A stretch of DNA of 64,000 nucleotides. It comes from Paecilomyces variotii. Lineage: Eukaryota. The notes below the pieces were generated by a model. That model had not been told where the DNA came from. It did no database searches and saw only the letters and a program-made list of their open reading frames with translations. Shown here one piece after another: positions 1 through 15,049 of this stretch. Numbering within the stretch: position 1 is the first letter of the stretch; each line of letters begins with the position of its first letter. The stretch lies in assembly GCA_004022145.1 (NCBI GenBank), contig RCNU01000002.1. One strand, 5' to 3'. The position numbers and the translations under genes are program-made.

Positions 1-3000
1 CGCCATCGACACAATCAGTGAATACATCGGGCGACTTCCCTGTGTATCCTGATCAATCATACGCGGTTTTGCAGTCACAGGTTCATCCGACGCCGTACCC
101 TTTCCTACGCTCGCGGAGCTCATACCCAGTACATAGCGATATTTCTGCACGTTATCCCAATGGCCGTGGCGCTCGCACCGCTGGAAACACTCCGATCTCC
201 AGTCCAGGCTTGTTTTCTTCGAGGAGTTCTAGGTCTACCCCGCCTTACGCTTCTGATGATGAGGGCCGTCTCGGCAGTCCGTATCTACATCCCACTCATC
301 TTCAACCACCAAAAGAGTAAGTAAAGCTATTTGCATCCCGGAGATCCAACTCATGCTAATACTTTCCCGTCTCAGGACACATACAGTAGAAGTAGATCGC
401 GACGTCAACACTGGAAACAAGCTCATCAACGAATATGAAATCCTAGAGGAATTGGGACGTGGTGAACACGGGAAGGTCAAATTGGGTCGTCACGTGGTCA
501 CAAAACAACAAGTTGCGATCAAAATAGTACAGCGATACTCGAAAAGACGGCGTTTGGGCAAATTGGGCAATCCTGAAGATAAAGTCAAGAAAGAGGTCGC
601 TATCCTCAAAAAGGCTCGTCATCCAAACGTAGTCAGTCTGTTGGAGGTCATCGATGATCCCAACCGTCAGAAAGTCTACATCGTTCTGGAATATGTGGAG
701 AACGGGGAGATCGTTTGGCGAAAGAAAGGGCTGCGGGAGATTGTGAATGTCGACAAGCGCAGACTCGAGCGTGAGAAAAGGGGAATCCCCGATTCGCCCT
801 CCTTCCTCGAGGAAAGTCTACAATATGTCAGGACCGCACAATTGCAACGTCGACAAAGGGAACGAGCCCGTGCAAGACGTAATGCCCAAACACTAGCCCT
901 TCAGGAACAATCGATTCCTGCTTGGAGCTTGGAGCACGGAGGCGAGTCAGATGATGAGGCAGGGCCAGAAAATCTACCGTCGTCTAGCCGGACGATGCTC
1001 AGCGAGGACCACTCGGTCCATTCTTCGCCCAGTCATTCTTATACGTCTACCTCCGATCTCGAGCGCCGCATGCGGGAAGCAAGCTTGGCTGCCATTGAAG
1101 GAAGCATGTATGGCCCTTATGCATCGGATCACTATTACGGACGGCGTTTTAGCACCGCCTCAAGTAATCTTGGATACGCATCTTCAGAGCCAGATTGGCT
1201 TTCCGACGATGATGACTTGTCTTATGTCCCGTGCCTCACCATGTCTGAGGCGCGTAATGCTTTCAGAGATTCCGTGTTAGGACTGGAGTATCTCCATTAC
1301 CAGGGAATCATCCACCGCGATATCAAACCGGCCAACCTTCTGGTCACGGCCAATCACCGGGTCAAGATATCTGATTTTGGCGTGTCTTACCTGGGTCGGC
1401 CTATGCGGGACGATGAGGAGGAACAGGTGACGGAGACTGATGCTTCTGAGCTTGATGATGCTCGAGAATTATCCAAGACTGTTGGCACACCGGCTTTCTA
1501 TGCACCGGAACTCTGTTATACTGGCGACGATTTCGTGAGCGCCATCGGAAATGTACCTAAGATCACTGGAGCCATTGATGTGTGGTCCCTCGGTGTGACT
1601 CTCTACGGCATGATATTCGGACGGCTTCCATTCATGTCTGACGATGAGTTCAGCATGTTTCAAACTATTGTCAAGCAGGAAGTTTTCATCCCACGGAAAC
1701 GTCTAAAAGCTGTCGAGGAGGACACATCGTCTACCAACCCCCACGACCGCAATCATATCATGAACTGCAACAAGCGCACGGAAGACGAACTTGTTTACGA
1801 AGACATTGACGACGAGCTTTATGATCTCTTGAAGCGACTGCTAACAAAGGACCCCACAAAACGAATTACACTAAAGGAAATCAAGCATCATCCTTGGGTT
1901 CTCCGTGGCTTGCAGAATCCCCGAGCATGGATTGAAGAAACAGATCCCGGATACCAGAGCAAAGGCAAGAGGATCGAAGTCTCGACTGAAGAAGTCACGA
2001 CTGCAGTCAGCAAAGTTCCCTTCATCCAACGCGTTCGATCGAATGTGGCTAAATGGTCTGGATATATTACTGGAAGGTCCAGAGAAGGGCGGAAACGCGC
2101 CACGAGCAATGCCACATCAGCCGATAGCGCGGCTTCGGCCTCATCGTCTGGTAGCCTTTGGAGAGATTGGAGCCAGGTACGGCGCCAGAGCCTACGAGGC
2201 GACGAGGAGCCATCCCGTTTGTCAAGATTCGGTCGCGAGAGTGACCATCCTCTATCCCAGAGTGTCACTGCCAGCCCAGATGGCCAGGAAGATCAACCCT
2301 CGTATCTCCCGATTTCCAGAACCAACACGACGGCTTCCGCAGATCAGACGCCTCGTCCTCCCCCTCCTCAACGAGCGACTTCTAGCTTGTCCAGTACGGA
2401 ATCTACAAAAACGGTGAGAGCATCTGACCCTGAAAGTACCCCTTCAGTGCAGCCTCGAGCGTCTACGCCCTCATTTACCGAGAGCTTGGGGGCATCCAGT
2501 ATCAGTGGTATCTTCAGTGGAGCCGGCCGGCGACTTGCCAAAAGCTTCCAAACTGGCGAATGGCGTCCGGAGCGGTCACGGTCCGCGGACAGAGTGTCTG
2601 TGGACGGTGATGCTCGGTCAGAGCCGAGTCTCGCATTGAGTGTGGCTTCTGCCAGAGGCGAAGTGCAGGCTACTGATGTACAACGGGATGAAGCTAAGAG
2701 TCTACGCCAGCCAGCCTCAAGCGGATCGGTGCATCGTCGCCACAGGTCTCATCAGCTTGCGTACGGCTCTTCGGTCGAGTCATTCCAGCTTGCAGAAGCT
2801 CTTCTACGTCAGAAAGTACACGATACTGAACATAATACTAATGGTGATTGTCCCGTGTCCAGGCCGGGAAGCGAACTACCCTCAGACGACTTTCGGGTAG
2901 AGAACGATGAAGTTCACCGCAAGAAATCTGACAGTTCCCAGGATGAGCAAGCTGAGTGTGGTACCTCCCAGGATTCCAATGGTGGCCTTACTACTTCTCC

Positions 3001-3340
3001 TCCGTCTGCCACCACTATATCCTCGTCTGTCGACGATTACAATAGTGGTATCTCTCAGAGTGCTTCTCACCGCAGCATTCCTTCGGTTCTTTCCCGGGCT
3101 TCTTCTCTTTCCGGCGACATCCCCCCTGTGAAAGAGAAGGAAGCGGAGAAGTCATGTCATGTGCCTGCCATACTTCGTACTGGGGATACAGTGAAGGCCA
3201 TAGACATGTCGTATCAGCGTTCCCATGAAGACGATGAGTCGAAATACTATTGCGACGATGAAGAGGACGATTCAGAAGATGAGGGAATCGTATTTGGCAG
3301 AAAGACAAACGCGCGTCGCGATGTCAAAATAAACAAGTGA
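1..3340 (+). CDS. Ser/Thr protein kinase, Ssp1/Sak1 (CaMKK-like, Snf1-activating) family; 5'-partial, intron 317-375
   Basis: Kinase motifs GRGEHGKV, VAIK, HPNVVSLLEVIDDP, HRDIKPAN, DFGVS, GTPAFYAPE, DVWSLGVTLY. Long insert between subdomains V and VI; long S-rich tail. Intron GTAAGT...GCTAAT...CAG joins the upstream frame, which runs off the window start. Confidence 0.9.
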
Positions 3341-4848
3341 TGCGTTATCGACGTGGTTTCCAGAGTGAATGTCCAGTCTAGCACTTGCACGTTCTCACAG
3401 CATCTTCGTGTTCCTTCGCCAGACCGGTTACTGGAGGGGAGAAAGAAAGACACTTCTCGCGGGAACCTATGTCCTGCTACTCTCAACCTGGTCGATTCTC
3501 GCGCGATTTGCGTCATATCTGTCACCGCGGAGAATCTCCTACTGTTGTCGTCTTACCGTCAACTAGGTCATTAGCCCGATGTATAGTGTGCATTGCGTTT
3601 TGACATACTTCTGGCTCGCTTTCTTTTGGTCGTTAACCCGAACTGGGTTCTTCACTCTGCGATCTAGATTTTTTTTCAAGTGTTCTTGTTCTATTTCTGG
3701 ACTTTCGGACATTTAGATTTCCTTATGATGACGTATATTCTGTTTCGCCTGTATATATACTTCCTTGAGATTCGTCTATACTTTCTTTCGATGTCTCGGC
3801 GTTGGTTATCTCTTTAAAGCCTAGGGAAAGGCGGTTGTTCATTGTTCAGTGACTGATCTGCGTTTCCCGCGGATCCTGGGATGCTTGATTTTATGGGACG
3901 TTATTTCTGAGACTACATGTATGTAATTCCATTTACCCCCGATGGATTGGGCTTGGCCGTTGGATAATCGTTTCTGCGGGACGCATTGTCCTGCATGCGC
4001 ATGTGGAGACGATCATGGATTGTGATTTAACGACTTGGAAGACTCGTTTTATTCTCAGACTGCCGCTATACGGATGAGGAACGAGAAAAATCTTGCTTCA
4101 ATCTTCCTTTGCTCCGCACAAACGAGAGCAATAGGCAGCGTCCTGGCCTGGAGCCAAGGTAGCGAACGATTTCACAAACCCCTATAGAAAGAACTACTGA
4201 CCTTTAACCAATGCGGGATTGGCCTACATGTACAATAAATTTCTAGTAGTGCTACTGCAATTGGGACAAGTTTCAAAGGAGCCAGCAGTTCCACCAATAT
4301 TTTAAGTTCAGAGAAGATGTTTCCAACCTTCAGCGATCATATAGTAGGACACCATGGAAATTCTGAATCTTCTTTTCCTTTCTCTAGAAGTGGGTCCTGC
4401 TTTCCTGGATAGCTTGGCCGATAGACTAGCGAGCGTTATTATTTTGATCCCAAGAGATATTATTCTTAGTATTCTATGGTAGAGTTTCCCGCAAAAACTA
4501 TTTCCGCCTACCATTATCCTGCCCGCATTATGGGGCCAGCTTTGTGTCTTTCTGACCGGAGGACATCATTCTATTGTGAGGAACGTGCGAATTACAAGTA
4601 TACTCTAAATGATAATGGCTTATTTAGCCGATTTTCGGGACTGGATAATATCCGATATAGAGTTCTCTCCTTTCACATATAGGGATAATTTGAATCTCTC
4701 CCGGAGTTGAAACATATAGACTGTAGATTTCCGTCATATAATAGTAACGAGATCGCATGCGTCGACGCGCGAATCTACGTGGTATACATACGTACAGTAC
4801 CTACATAGTCCAAATAACCGAACTAGCTTTGTCCACTATATCAAATAA

Positions 4849-6049
<1,201 letters not shown>

Positions 6050-8505
6050 TTAAGCTTTGTTCTGGAGAACGCCTCTTATTGTCCCTGGTTTGGGAGAACC
6101 TGGTGTCAAGAGAGGCATGCCAGGGCTTATCTAGATGTTTTGTTTAGGGGACTGTGGGATGCGAAGGGTGGGAAGTATGTCTGATTGCACGTCGTTACAA
6201 TCTAATCGAATGCTGGGATGGATGGATAATCTCATTGAAGTATATACCGGATCTGGTGGACTAATCATCTAATGATACCTAACCTTCTAGATATTTGAAT
6301 CGCATCGTCATCAAGCGCTTTTGCCATTATCCCAACTCTTCTGATATCCATGCAATTGCAACGCAAACACCCTTCCAGATACTTACTGATGCCCCTAAAA
6401 CTAGTCCGTGTTCCCAAGAGCCGTTTATTCTTAGAAGGGAATATAGTTTCATCATTGACCCAAGCACCTGCAGTCCTGCACAGCCTCACGGCTGTGCTGA
6501 AGCCACCCAACCCCTGCAACTTCACATTTCAGACAAAGTACATGAGAGCCGCGTCTCATGCTCAACGAGTAGAATATATCGCTGCTAGCAATGCAGGCTT
6601 TAATGTTACCTTGGCGTCTGACGGACTCGGTCGAGCTTTGTCGATCCTATCTACGCGTCGACGGACTTGATACTGCTAGGTTACTGCTACCTGCATCCCT
6701 AGCATGATCTTCGCGTGGAACGATAATTATAGCACAAAAGGCCGGCTGATCGCATAGGCGAGAAGGATATCGTATCTGCCATCCGATCTTCATGATTACG
6801 TCGAGTAATGATGTTTCGTTGTCCAGTTGTCAATAAGTTAGGGCTCGGGCCGGAAAGCCTCCATATGCGCGGTGATAATCAACGCGGTTATTTCTCTAGG
6901 CAGCAACATTAAGGCAGATCACATATTCGATACTCTGGCCTGCATCGCAAAGGGGACAAAACACGTATCTGCTGGATGCGTGTCTCATAAGTCAGATAGT
7001 CTGCTGTTCGGGAGAAATTCCGTATCTGTGCTGCACCGATTCTCCACCATGATCCGAAAATATCTGGAGAAACAAGACGATCTCAGATGTCAGAGACTCA
7101 GAGGAGCGGACGAGAGAAAAGCAAGGCACCACAGTAGCGGGTGACGCTAGACTTGTAGACTGTGACGACGATGGGTGCTATGTGTGCTTTGAATGGTGGA
7201 TTTGCTCGTTCCTTATCGGGATTCTGGTCAGCACTATTCACAGTTTACCCCAGGGAGAAATCTCGGTATGTAGTTAGAGTAGTGATGGATGATGAATGAC
7301 AATACCCAGTAGCACAATCCAAATTGGTCTATTATTATTAACTAGTTACGATCTACACCGCGAATGGTGGACGCTAGAAGAGGGGGAAAAACCGCCCAAC
7401 ACCGATGATCGCATGGCCGCGTTGAACTACCGAGCGCTTCGAGGATCGTGTAAGGCACTGTGAAGCACAATAATTGGTTGGGATGCGCCTGTTCCTGTTG
7501 GTCTTCAGCAGCCCAATCCCTTCGTATTCGTAAGGCATGTACCATAACTCAGTCTGGTCGAGTATTAATATGTACGTACATACTTTTTCTCGTAGCGCCC
7601 AGAGAGGAGAATGCCATCAAGGGTCTGAGGTAATGATCAATCGTCACAGTGGAACAAGACACTAACTAGCTAACGAAACGATCTTCTTAACTAAGGTTAT
7701 CTGAACGGAAAACATTTTTTCCTCTTTTCGCGTTTTGCGATGCGGGCGCCGTCAGGATTCCCAAGAGACAGTCTTGCGTTCCGGAGTTGGCCTGATCGAC
7801 TAAAGTTAGAGTAACCAATTCACGCCTGAGATCAACCCTCGACTTTCTCCCGCGACTTCATCCTCCATTCCTCCTCACGATCGTCCCCCTGGTGCCCCCC
7901 CATCCCAAGAGAAGTCAGGGCTCCAGACGATCCCTGGACGCTGCAATACCGATCTGCTTAGATATCTCTTCTTATTCAACCGTCACGTTTCACTTTCTCT
8001 CACCGTCGCGTTTCCTTCGTGGGGTTGAATCGGCGAAGCGCATCGCCCACTAAGAGCCCTTTCCCGCTTTCGCGCTCTTCTTTACCCCCCATTGCCACGA
8101 TTGTTACTATTACAGCTCATACCGCGCATCGGATCTCTGCACAAGTGATAGACCGCAGTGGATACGGAATCAGGTACAGGCTGGAGGCTATCTGCGAAGG
8201 TGAAACATCCGGATCTCGACGGCTGATGCTTGCGCCCCAGGCAGACTCGCGAGGTGCACTTCGCTCCCTTATCACTATCAGCGCCCGCGAATGAGTTGTC
8301 GGGCCTCCGCCAGAGCCATTTCGTCGTTGTACCTGCATTATTGAGACGACTATCACTTCATAACCTCTTGCGGCCCTTGCACGCCGAGTCATCGTCAGGA
8401 CTATAGGTCCCGCTTTCCGCGTGCGCTCGCCCGCGATCTGATCCCTCCTGGTCCAAGCTCCTACTTTATCATATTCTATTCTAGGATACTGCATCGTCAG
8501 TCGCA

Positions 8506-10763
8506 ATGGATTCGCAGGATCAACAACAACAGCAGCAACGGGCACGATCCCTCTCAACGGGGGTTCAAAACCGGAGCCTCAGCCCGTCCTTTCCCCCGCA
8601 GTATCAGAACACCTCGTCCAGTCTCAGGATTGATCCCGCCCTCACGGCTCAGGCCTTCCCTGCTGGAACATTCAATGCGAATCCTGTGTCCAGCGCAGCT
8701 GATTCCTATAACTTTGCTTCTGCATACCTGGACACCCCCCGGTCTGCAGAGGGACAGTTTGCGCAAAACCAGGGATATGCGCCGTCATTCGACTCTGGTT
8801 TCGTAAATCAGCTGGAGCAACCCGGTCAGAACACCGGCGCAGGCGAAGAGAACTTTTCCAACTTGCTCAACTCGGACCAATCGAGTTTCGATTTTTCTCT
8901 GTACCAGAATAACCCTGGGGAGTTCGATCCATCTTCACTTCTCGATCCACAGATTCAGCAATCGCAGTCTCCAAATCAGTCTGTGAACCCTGCTGATCTT
9001 GTCAGCGCCATGTCATCTCCTCACAATCCTACCTCGCCTCATCACCTGCAGCCGGACCAGCACTCTTCTCCAGGCCCCGCGTCACCGCCGTCTTCGAACC
9101 CGGGTAACTACTACCATCGCTCCCATTCGCGCCATACGTCCCTAGATCCGGCAACTGCAGCCTATATGACCGGCCACCCACAGTCAGACTGGCAAGGAAT
9201 GCTAGGAAACCCAGCTTTCCAGGGCCACAGGAGAGCCCCGTCTGAACACTCGGAAGTATCGTCAGTAACACATTCCCCTTACATGTCTCAACATGAATCG
9301 TTCGATGCCATCGAAAACAATCCATCACCGCTCCTGTCAGCGCAAAATGATCCCACTCTCTACGATAATGCGTTGGGAATCGAGTCTTTTACTATCTCGG
9401 AGCAACAGCAACATGGCTTTAGCCCGGGTCATAGCCCTTACATATCTCCGCAGCTGGGCCCGCAGCAGACTTTGGATGTTGGGCTGGATACGCAATTCTT
9501 GGCGTCCAACCAACTGAATCAATTTCCGTCCCCGTCGACTGATATGTATCTCGGGGGTGACGGTTCAATGGCAAACATGCAAGGAATAAGTGCTGCGGAG
9601 ATGGGACAGGCAACACAGATGGCGCCGCCGTCTATCAATGTGGAGTTTGCACCTCCTTCTCGGAACCCTAGTTTTGGCCCGGGAAAACCGCCTGCCGATA
9701 TGGATGCTCTGAGCCCTCCTACTATCCGTGAGATCACTCGTTTATTCAATGTCACTATCGGCTGTTTTGCTGACCAGGCACAGGTTTGCGAGGACGTAGT
9801 AAATCTGACCCCTTTGGCCGTCAAATGACCCGGCCCATGACATCTAGTTCTCTGTCTCCGCATCTACAACCTCAGGCCTCATCTCCAAGATCCCTTTCAC
9901 CCTTGGATCCCTCTCCGCGTTCCCATAGTAATCCTGGATCACGTGACCAATCGCCCTCTAAATCCGCGAGACGACAGTCCACCTCGTCCCTCGATAGCCG
10001 TAGCTATCTCCTAGATCTTGCAGATCCACAGCGTCCAGGAGCTGCTCCCAGTGACTCGAAGCGTACACAGAAGCACCCAGCGACATTCCAATGTACGCTC
10101 TGTCCCAAGCGTTTCACCCGTGCTTATAATTTGCGCTCTCACCTCCGTACTCACACGGACGAGAGGCCTTTTGTTTGCACTGTCTGCGGGAAAGCATTTG
10201 CGCGCCAGCATGACCGCAAAAGACACGAAGGCCTTCATTCAGGAGAGAAAAAATTTGTCTGTCGCGGGGAACTTGCACGGGGAGGTCAATGGGGATGCGG
10301 CCGTCGTTTTGCTCGTGCAGACGCTCTTGGGCGCCATTTTAGGTCCGAAGCAGGCAGGATCTGTATCAAACCACTGCTCGACGAAGAAGCTCATGAGCGC
10401 GACCGTGTATTGATGGAGCAGCAACAGCAGCAACAGCAGGGTCATCTCCAGCCTGTGCCTCAACCCATGATTATTCCCGGTATGGATGGCCAACCTACGG
10501 GTGGCTTTACGCTTCCTGCCGCGTTGCTGGCTCAGTATCCTGCATTGCAGACTTTGCAGTGGGACCAGATTGCTCCAGCGGCAGAGGATCCTAACGACAT
10601 CAGCGGACGTAGCAGCTTTGATGCTAGTTCTGGTGGCGAATTTGGATACGACGATGATGATTCTGGCCTCAATAGTGGCTATAACAGCAATAGAGGATCA
10701 ATGTACGGAGTCAACCAAGGCCAAATAGCCTATGGGATGAATGACTGGGGCCGTGCGCAGTGA
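8506..10763 (+). CDS. crzA: Calcineurin-responsive C2H2 zinc-finger transcription factor; intron 9728-9783
   Basis: [29 protein letters not shown]...[21 protein letters not shown]...[17 protein letters not shown], serine-rich region, PxIxIT-like [15 protein letters not shown]. Intron GTGAGA...CTGAC...CAG joins ORFs 8506 and 9786. Confidence 0.95.
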
Positions 10764-11703
10764 GATAGCGAAGCCCCCCTGCCTATGGTTAGGCAATCCT
10801 TCTGATGCATTTCATTAACTCTATACCGCTGCGGGTCTGTCGGTGCCTTATCCCGTTCCATGCGGGGTTTTCTACGAAACACGCCCCATTTACTTTTTTG
10901 TCTCTGCTTCCTCAGAGGAATGGATACCATATAGAAAGATTCTGCGGCGTTACTTCTGGAGTGGAAAACAACGGGGTTGATTTGGATATGCTCATCTTGA
11001 CGCCTTTTTTGGGTTTAAGGTTACACTCTGTTCGTGTTCTTCTCCTCCATTTTATTTTTCTTCTCTTTTTTTGGTATCTATCCCCCTGTCTTCTGATCAG
11101 TGATGAGTTTTCCTTACGTCGATTTCACGGGATTATGACGATTTCATCCCTTCATACCCCAAGGACCTTTTTTCTTCCTTTCTTCTTCTCTTTATTGCTT
11201 CCTGATATCGAAATACCCTTTTGACTATGTCTCAGAAGAATATAGGAGAGATAGCATCTATGTTTCTTGCGGTATGTTTTGGAAAAGGAACCACAGGTCG
11301 TTAATCGATAGATTTATACTGGTAACACAGCCCGGTACTGTGCTCGGGTTTTTTATCGTTCTTTTACCATATAACATAGTCTTATTGGACAAAGGTTCCC
11401 TGAAGACGAGTAGCAACGTATTTACTAGAGCACCCGTTTAGGAACATACGCAGGGGAACGAAAGGGGGTATACACATAAAACTACCATATCATCCATCAA
11501 CACAGCAAAGAACACGACGAAGGGACTAAGATCCGCATCGCTCCCCCGAACCATCTCTTCCATCTTTCGAGGGTCTTATGAATACAACACGATATGATAC
11601 GAAAAGATACCAAAAGCAAGAGCAAAAGTTGGAATCTCTGAGCGACTTCAGAGAGATGATAACAGAAGAGGGATATGAAAGAAGTCAATTCCGATACGAT
11701 ACT

Positions 11704-13480
11704 CTATCGACGAGTCCGCTTAGTTCTGAGGGTTACGAGCTTCTCTACTTCGGTGATCCACTTCCGATCGAATTCCTCCTCCGTGAATCGTAGGGCGGAT
11801 TTCCTGGCGCGCTGGCGCATGGCTACTTTTTCTTCCTCGGGTAGAGCCAGGGCGGCTTCGAAAGCAGCGGCGAATTCTTCTTCTGTAGTTGCGCGGAAGC
11901 CGGTGGCGCCGTCGCCGAGGTCGACTACGATGTCTTCGCGGGGACCTCCAGAGTCGTGAACAACGCTGATTAGACCTGCGGCCTGGTATTCGACAACGCA
12001 AATGCCGAAGTGTTCGTTCCACATAGCATTCGCGCCAATGGAGGAGGTGCGGAGATGGGAGAGCACAGTGGGCCAGCTCGCGTCGCAGATGAAGGTGGTG
12101 TGGTCGCGGATGCGGAGTTCATGGGCTAAGAGGCGGAGGTTGTATATATGGGTTTCGTCGGGGCTGCCGTGACGCACGGAACCGATGAGGATGAGTTTAG
12201 GTGTCGGCTGAGATGCAGATGCAGGGTTCTTCTGTCTGTCGTTAAGGAAGCGGGCAAAAGACTTCAGGACCAAAGGGTGGTTCTTTTCTGGGCGAAACTG
12301 TGCAATGTACAGTATTGTTGGTTCTCGTGCCTTTTCGGTGTCTGAATTTACCTCGATTGAGGATTCGAGTTCTGAAACCGCGGTGGGTGGGAATATCACG
12401 GTTGGTTCTCCGTGCTCTCTCCTCTTCCGGGATGGACCCCAGAGAGTTCTGATATGCGCAGACGTCCAAGAGGAGTTGCACATCACTACATCCACCTTAC
12501 CACCAACCCAGCCGTAGAGCCAGGCGAAGGCAAGCCAGTATTTCCGCTTTGCGAAGCCTCTCCAACCAGTGCCCGCGCCAGAATTGATTCCTTTTGTGCC
12601 GGTTGTGTCATCAAGCGACTCGAGCATATCCGTTGATATCGTGGGGTAGTGGACATACGCTCCCGTTGGAACAGAGGGAAAGAGAAGCTTCGAAAATGCG
12701 AGCGTAAAAGCGTATCCCATAGTGTCTATGAAGATGTCCGGTACAAGTAGGTTGAACGCGTCGTACACGACAATCAGAGAACCCAGCGACTGTCCCAGAA
12801 GTGTTAAATAAGGGTACATGCTGTGAAGGACGTATTTACGCGTCGACAGATATAGTAGCACGAGCGTTGGCGGGTGAAGTTGGATGTTGAAGCGGTTCTA
12901 GAGGCACGACAGTCAGTAACAGGCATAGTGCATTTGTCGAATCTAAGTACTGTACTGACCTTGACTCGTTCCACCATTTCAGTCTTTCCAACTTCGTGAT
13001 CTCCGGTATAGATAACGCAAGTAGCCTTGGGCCATCGTTTCTGCGTCGCATGGACGGCCTCCCAAAGTACACGTTCCCCTCCTCCACCTGCGTTGCTGTC
13101 GCGAGAGTAAGTAATCGGACGGGGTATCTTCGATCGTCATGTGCATACCAAAATGGATGGAAGAAGCCAACTATCCCGTCCCAATCATCCTCTGCCCCTT
13201 TGCCCTTGGGCGGAGTTCCTGGAGCGGCGTCATCGACCTTCTCCCACTCCTCATCCTCAGAACTCTTCGAGGTCCGTTTGTCCCGTTTCGAATCGAAGTC
13301 CTCCCGCTCAACGCGGACACGGTCGAGTATTGCCTGCCTCCTATCTGTTGTTCTTCTCTGTATAGACCAGCCAAGGGTGCGTAAGGCGAATCCGATAGTA
13401 TAGGAACCGAACTTGGGAAGCAGGAACACAGCTACCACGAAAGTGATAATGGAAGTGGCCAACTTCGATAAGAGCGACAT
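11704..13480 (-). CDS. alg11: GDP-Man:Man3GlcNAc2-PP-Dol alpha-1,2-mannosyltransferase (multi-exon)
   Basis: VGFFHPF|CNAGGGGERVLW across an intron; PDIFIDTMGYAF, YVHYPTISTDML, AQFRPEKNH, MWNEHFGICVVEY, HDSGGP. Confidence 0.93.
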
Positions 13481-13887
13481 GGCGGGAGCAGAACAGATGT
13501 CGTTTTTCCACAGATACTAGCGCATATTCCACAGACGGTTGAAAGGGCAACTATCGCTCCTCGGGGAGCTCTGCCTCTGCATTTGCTGTTTGAGTTGGTG
13601 GTGGTCTTGTGAATATCTCCCCCGTCACGAAGGAGAGAGCTGGTCAGATTACTGTATCATACAGTCTGGTGAGACACCACGTGATGCCAGATCCCGCTTT
13701 GTGGAGCTAACAAAAGCTTCTTGCGGAGCTTAAGACTACATCTCCGAACTGCTCAATAACATTTCTATATTCCCATTGTTGTTGGCACAACGGGAATTCA
13801 CGCTCGCTTCCGCGTTGGCATTCACTTTTATTTGATTCTAGGATCTGGTCTTAGGTACCCGAGCTTCAATTGAACTGCTCGACCGTC

Positions 13888-14919
13888 ATGGCATCAATCT
13901 ATCCGCGATTAGTTCTCCGAGCGCGTTCCGGCGGCAATATTATTTCATCGAGCGCTTTTCAGCAACGGCGATCATTCCACCCTACTCGACCGTCTCCTTT
14001 CATCAATGAAGCTTTGGATATCTCCTCTAGCTTCCTTCACGGCGTCCACGATGTGACTGGTCTTCCATGGGCCGCTTCTATTCCCTTAACTGCATTCATC
14101 GTTCGAATGACCGTCGCGCTGCCTTTGCAGATCTATACAAGAATACATGCTCGCAGGAATCGTGATCTTTCGCCACTCCTTCTATCCTGGCGCAAAGTCT
14201 ATCAAGATCAGATCATGGAGAAGGCAAAGGAAGAAGGCAGACCTTTACTACCTTTCGAGGCAGATCAAAAGTTAAACGAGGAAATGTCCAAGAGACAGAA
14301 ATCGTTACGCAAGCGCTGGAAAGCCGCGAGGTTTCATGGCATGGCTACCTTCTTACAGATTCCAATTTGGCTTTCTCTGATGGAAAGTCTGCGAGCGATG
14401 TGTGGGAACAATAATGGACTTGTGCCATGGTTCTTGTCACTTATGGAGTCGGAATCTGCCGATCCAAGTCAATATCACCATCTCAATATCGAACAGTCTC
14501 TTGCATCTGAAGGTGCCCTTTGGTTCCCGGATCTATTGGCCGGAGATACAACTGGCATACTTCCCCTGATGCTTGCCGCGACCATTTGGACAAATGTCAG
14601 CGTAGGCTGGAAGACTCCTTCCTTCAAAGAACTTGCGGACTTCCCGCGGACGGAGATGGTCAAGCAGGGTGTTTTGAAGACGATCAAAATGTTCATCCAG
14701 TTCATGGCCATCAATATAGGCATCAATTCCTATATGTCTGGAATGCCTACTGGACTAATGATCTACTGGATCACTAGCGCGAACGTTGCGACACTGCAGA
14801 CCGCATTCCTCAATAAATACATGTTCTCAAAAGCGCCTCTCAAGCCATGGATGAAGATGCATGTCGGTCTCCGGAAGGCCGGGGAAGCCAAGCCCGAGAA
14901 AGCAGCATCCAAAATATGA
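13888..14919 (+). CDS. cox18: Mitochondrial inner-membrane Oxa1/YidC-family insertase, Cox18-like
   Basis: Arg/Ser-rich presequence, HDVTGLPWAASIPLTAFIVR, LQIPIWL, EGALWFPDL, P-x-GLMIYWITS. First ATG at 13888. Confidence 0.8.
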   Translation: MASIYPRLVLRARSGGNIISSSAFQQRRSFHPTRPSPFINEALDISSSFLHGVHDVTGLPWAASIPLTAFIVRMTVALPLQIYTRIHARRNRDLSPLLLSWRKVYQDQIMEKAKEEGRPLLPFEADQKLNEEMSKRQKSLRKRWKAARFHGMATFLQIPIWLSLMESLRAMCGNNNGLVPWFLSLMESESADPSQYHHLNIEQSLASEGALWFPDLLAGDTTGILPLMLAATIWTNVSVGWKTPSFKELADFPRTEMVKQGVLKTIKMFIQFMAINIGINSYMSGMPTGLMIYWITSANVATLQTAFLNKYMFSKAPLKPWMKMHVGLRKAGEAKPEKAASKI

Positions 14920-15049
14920 CTGCCGACTCATCGAAAACTGTGAAAGAAATTACATGACTGGTGTCAAATATGATGCAAAAAAGGGGGAAGAAATTGCCGT
15001 CCTGGACAGAAACACCGAACCTGCTTCTCGCGTGCCCTCGAAGAACGTC

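Noticed and set aside
6050..8000. Short ORFs between galA and crzA
   Set aside because: No motifs or consistent splice structure; treated as intergenic/promoter sequence.
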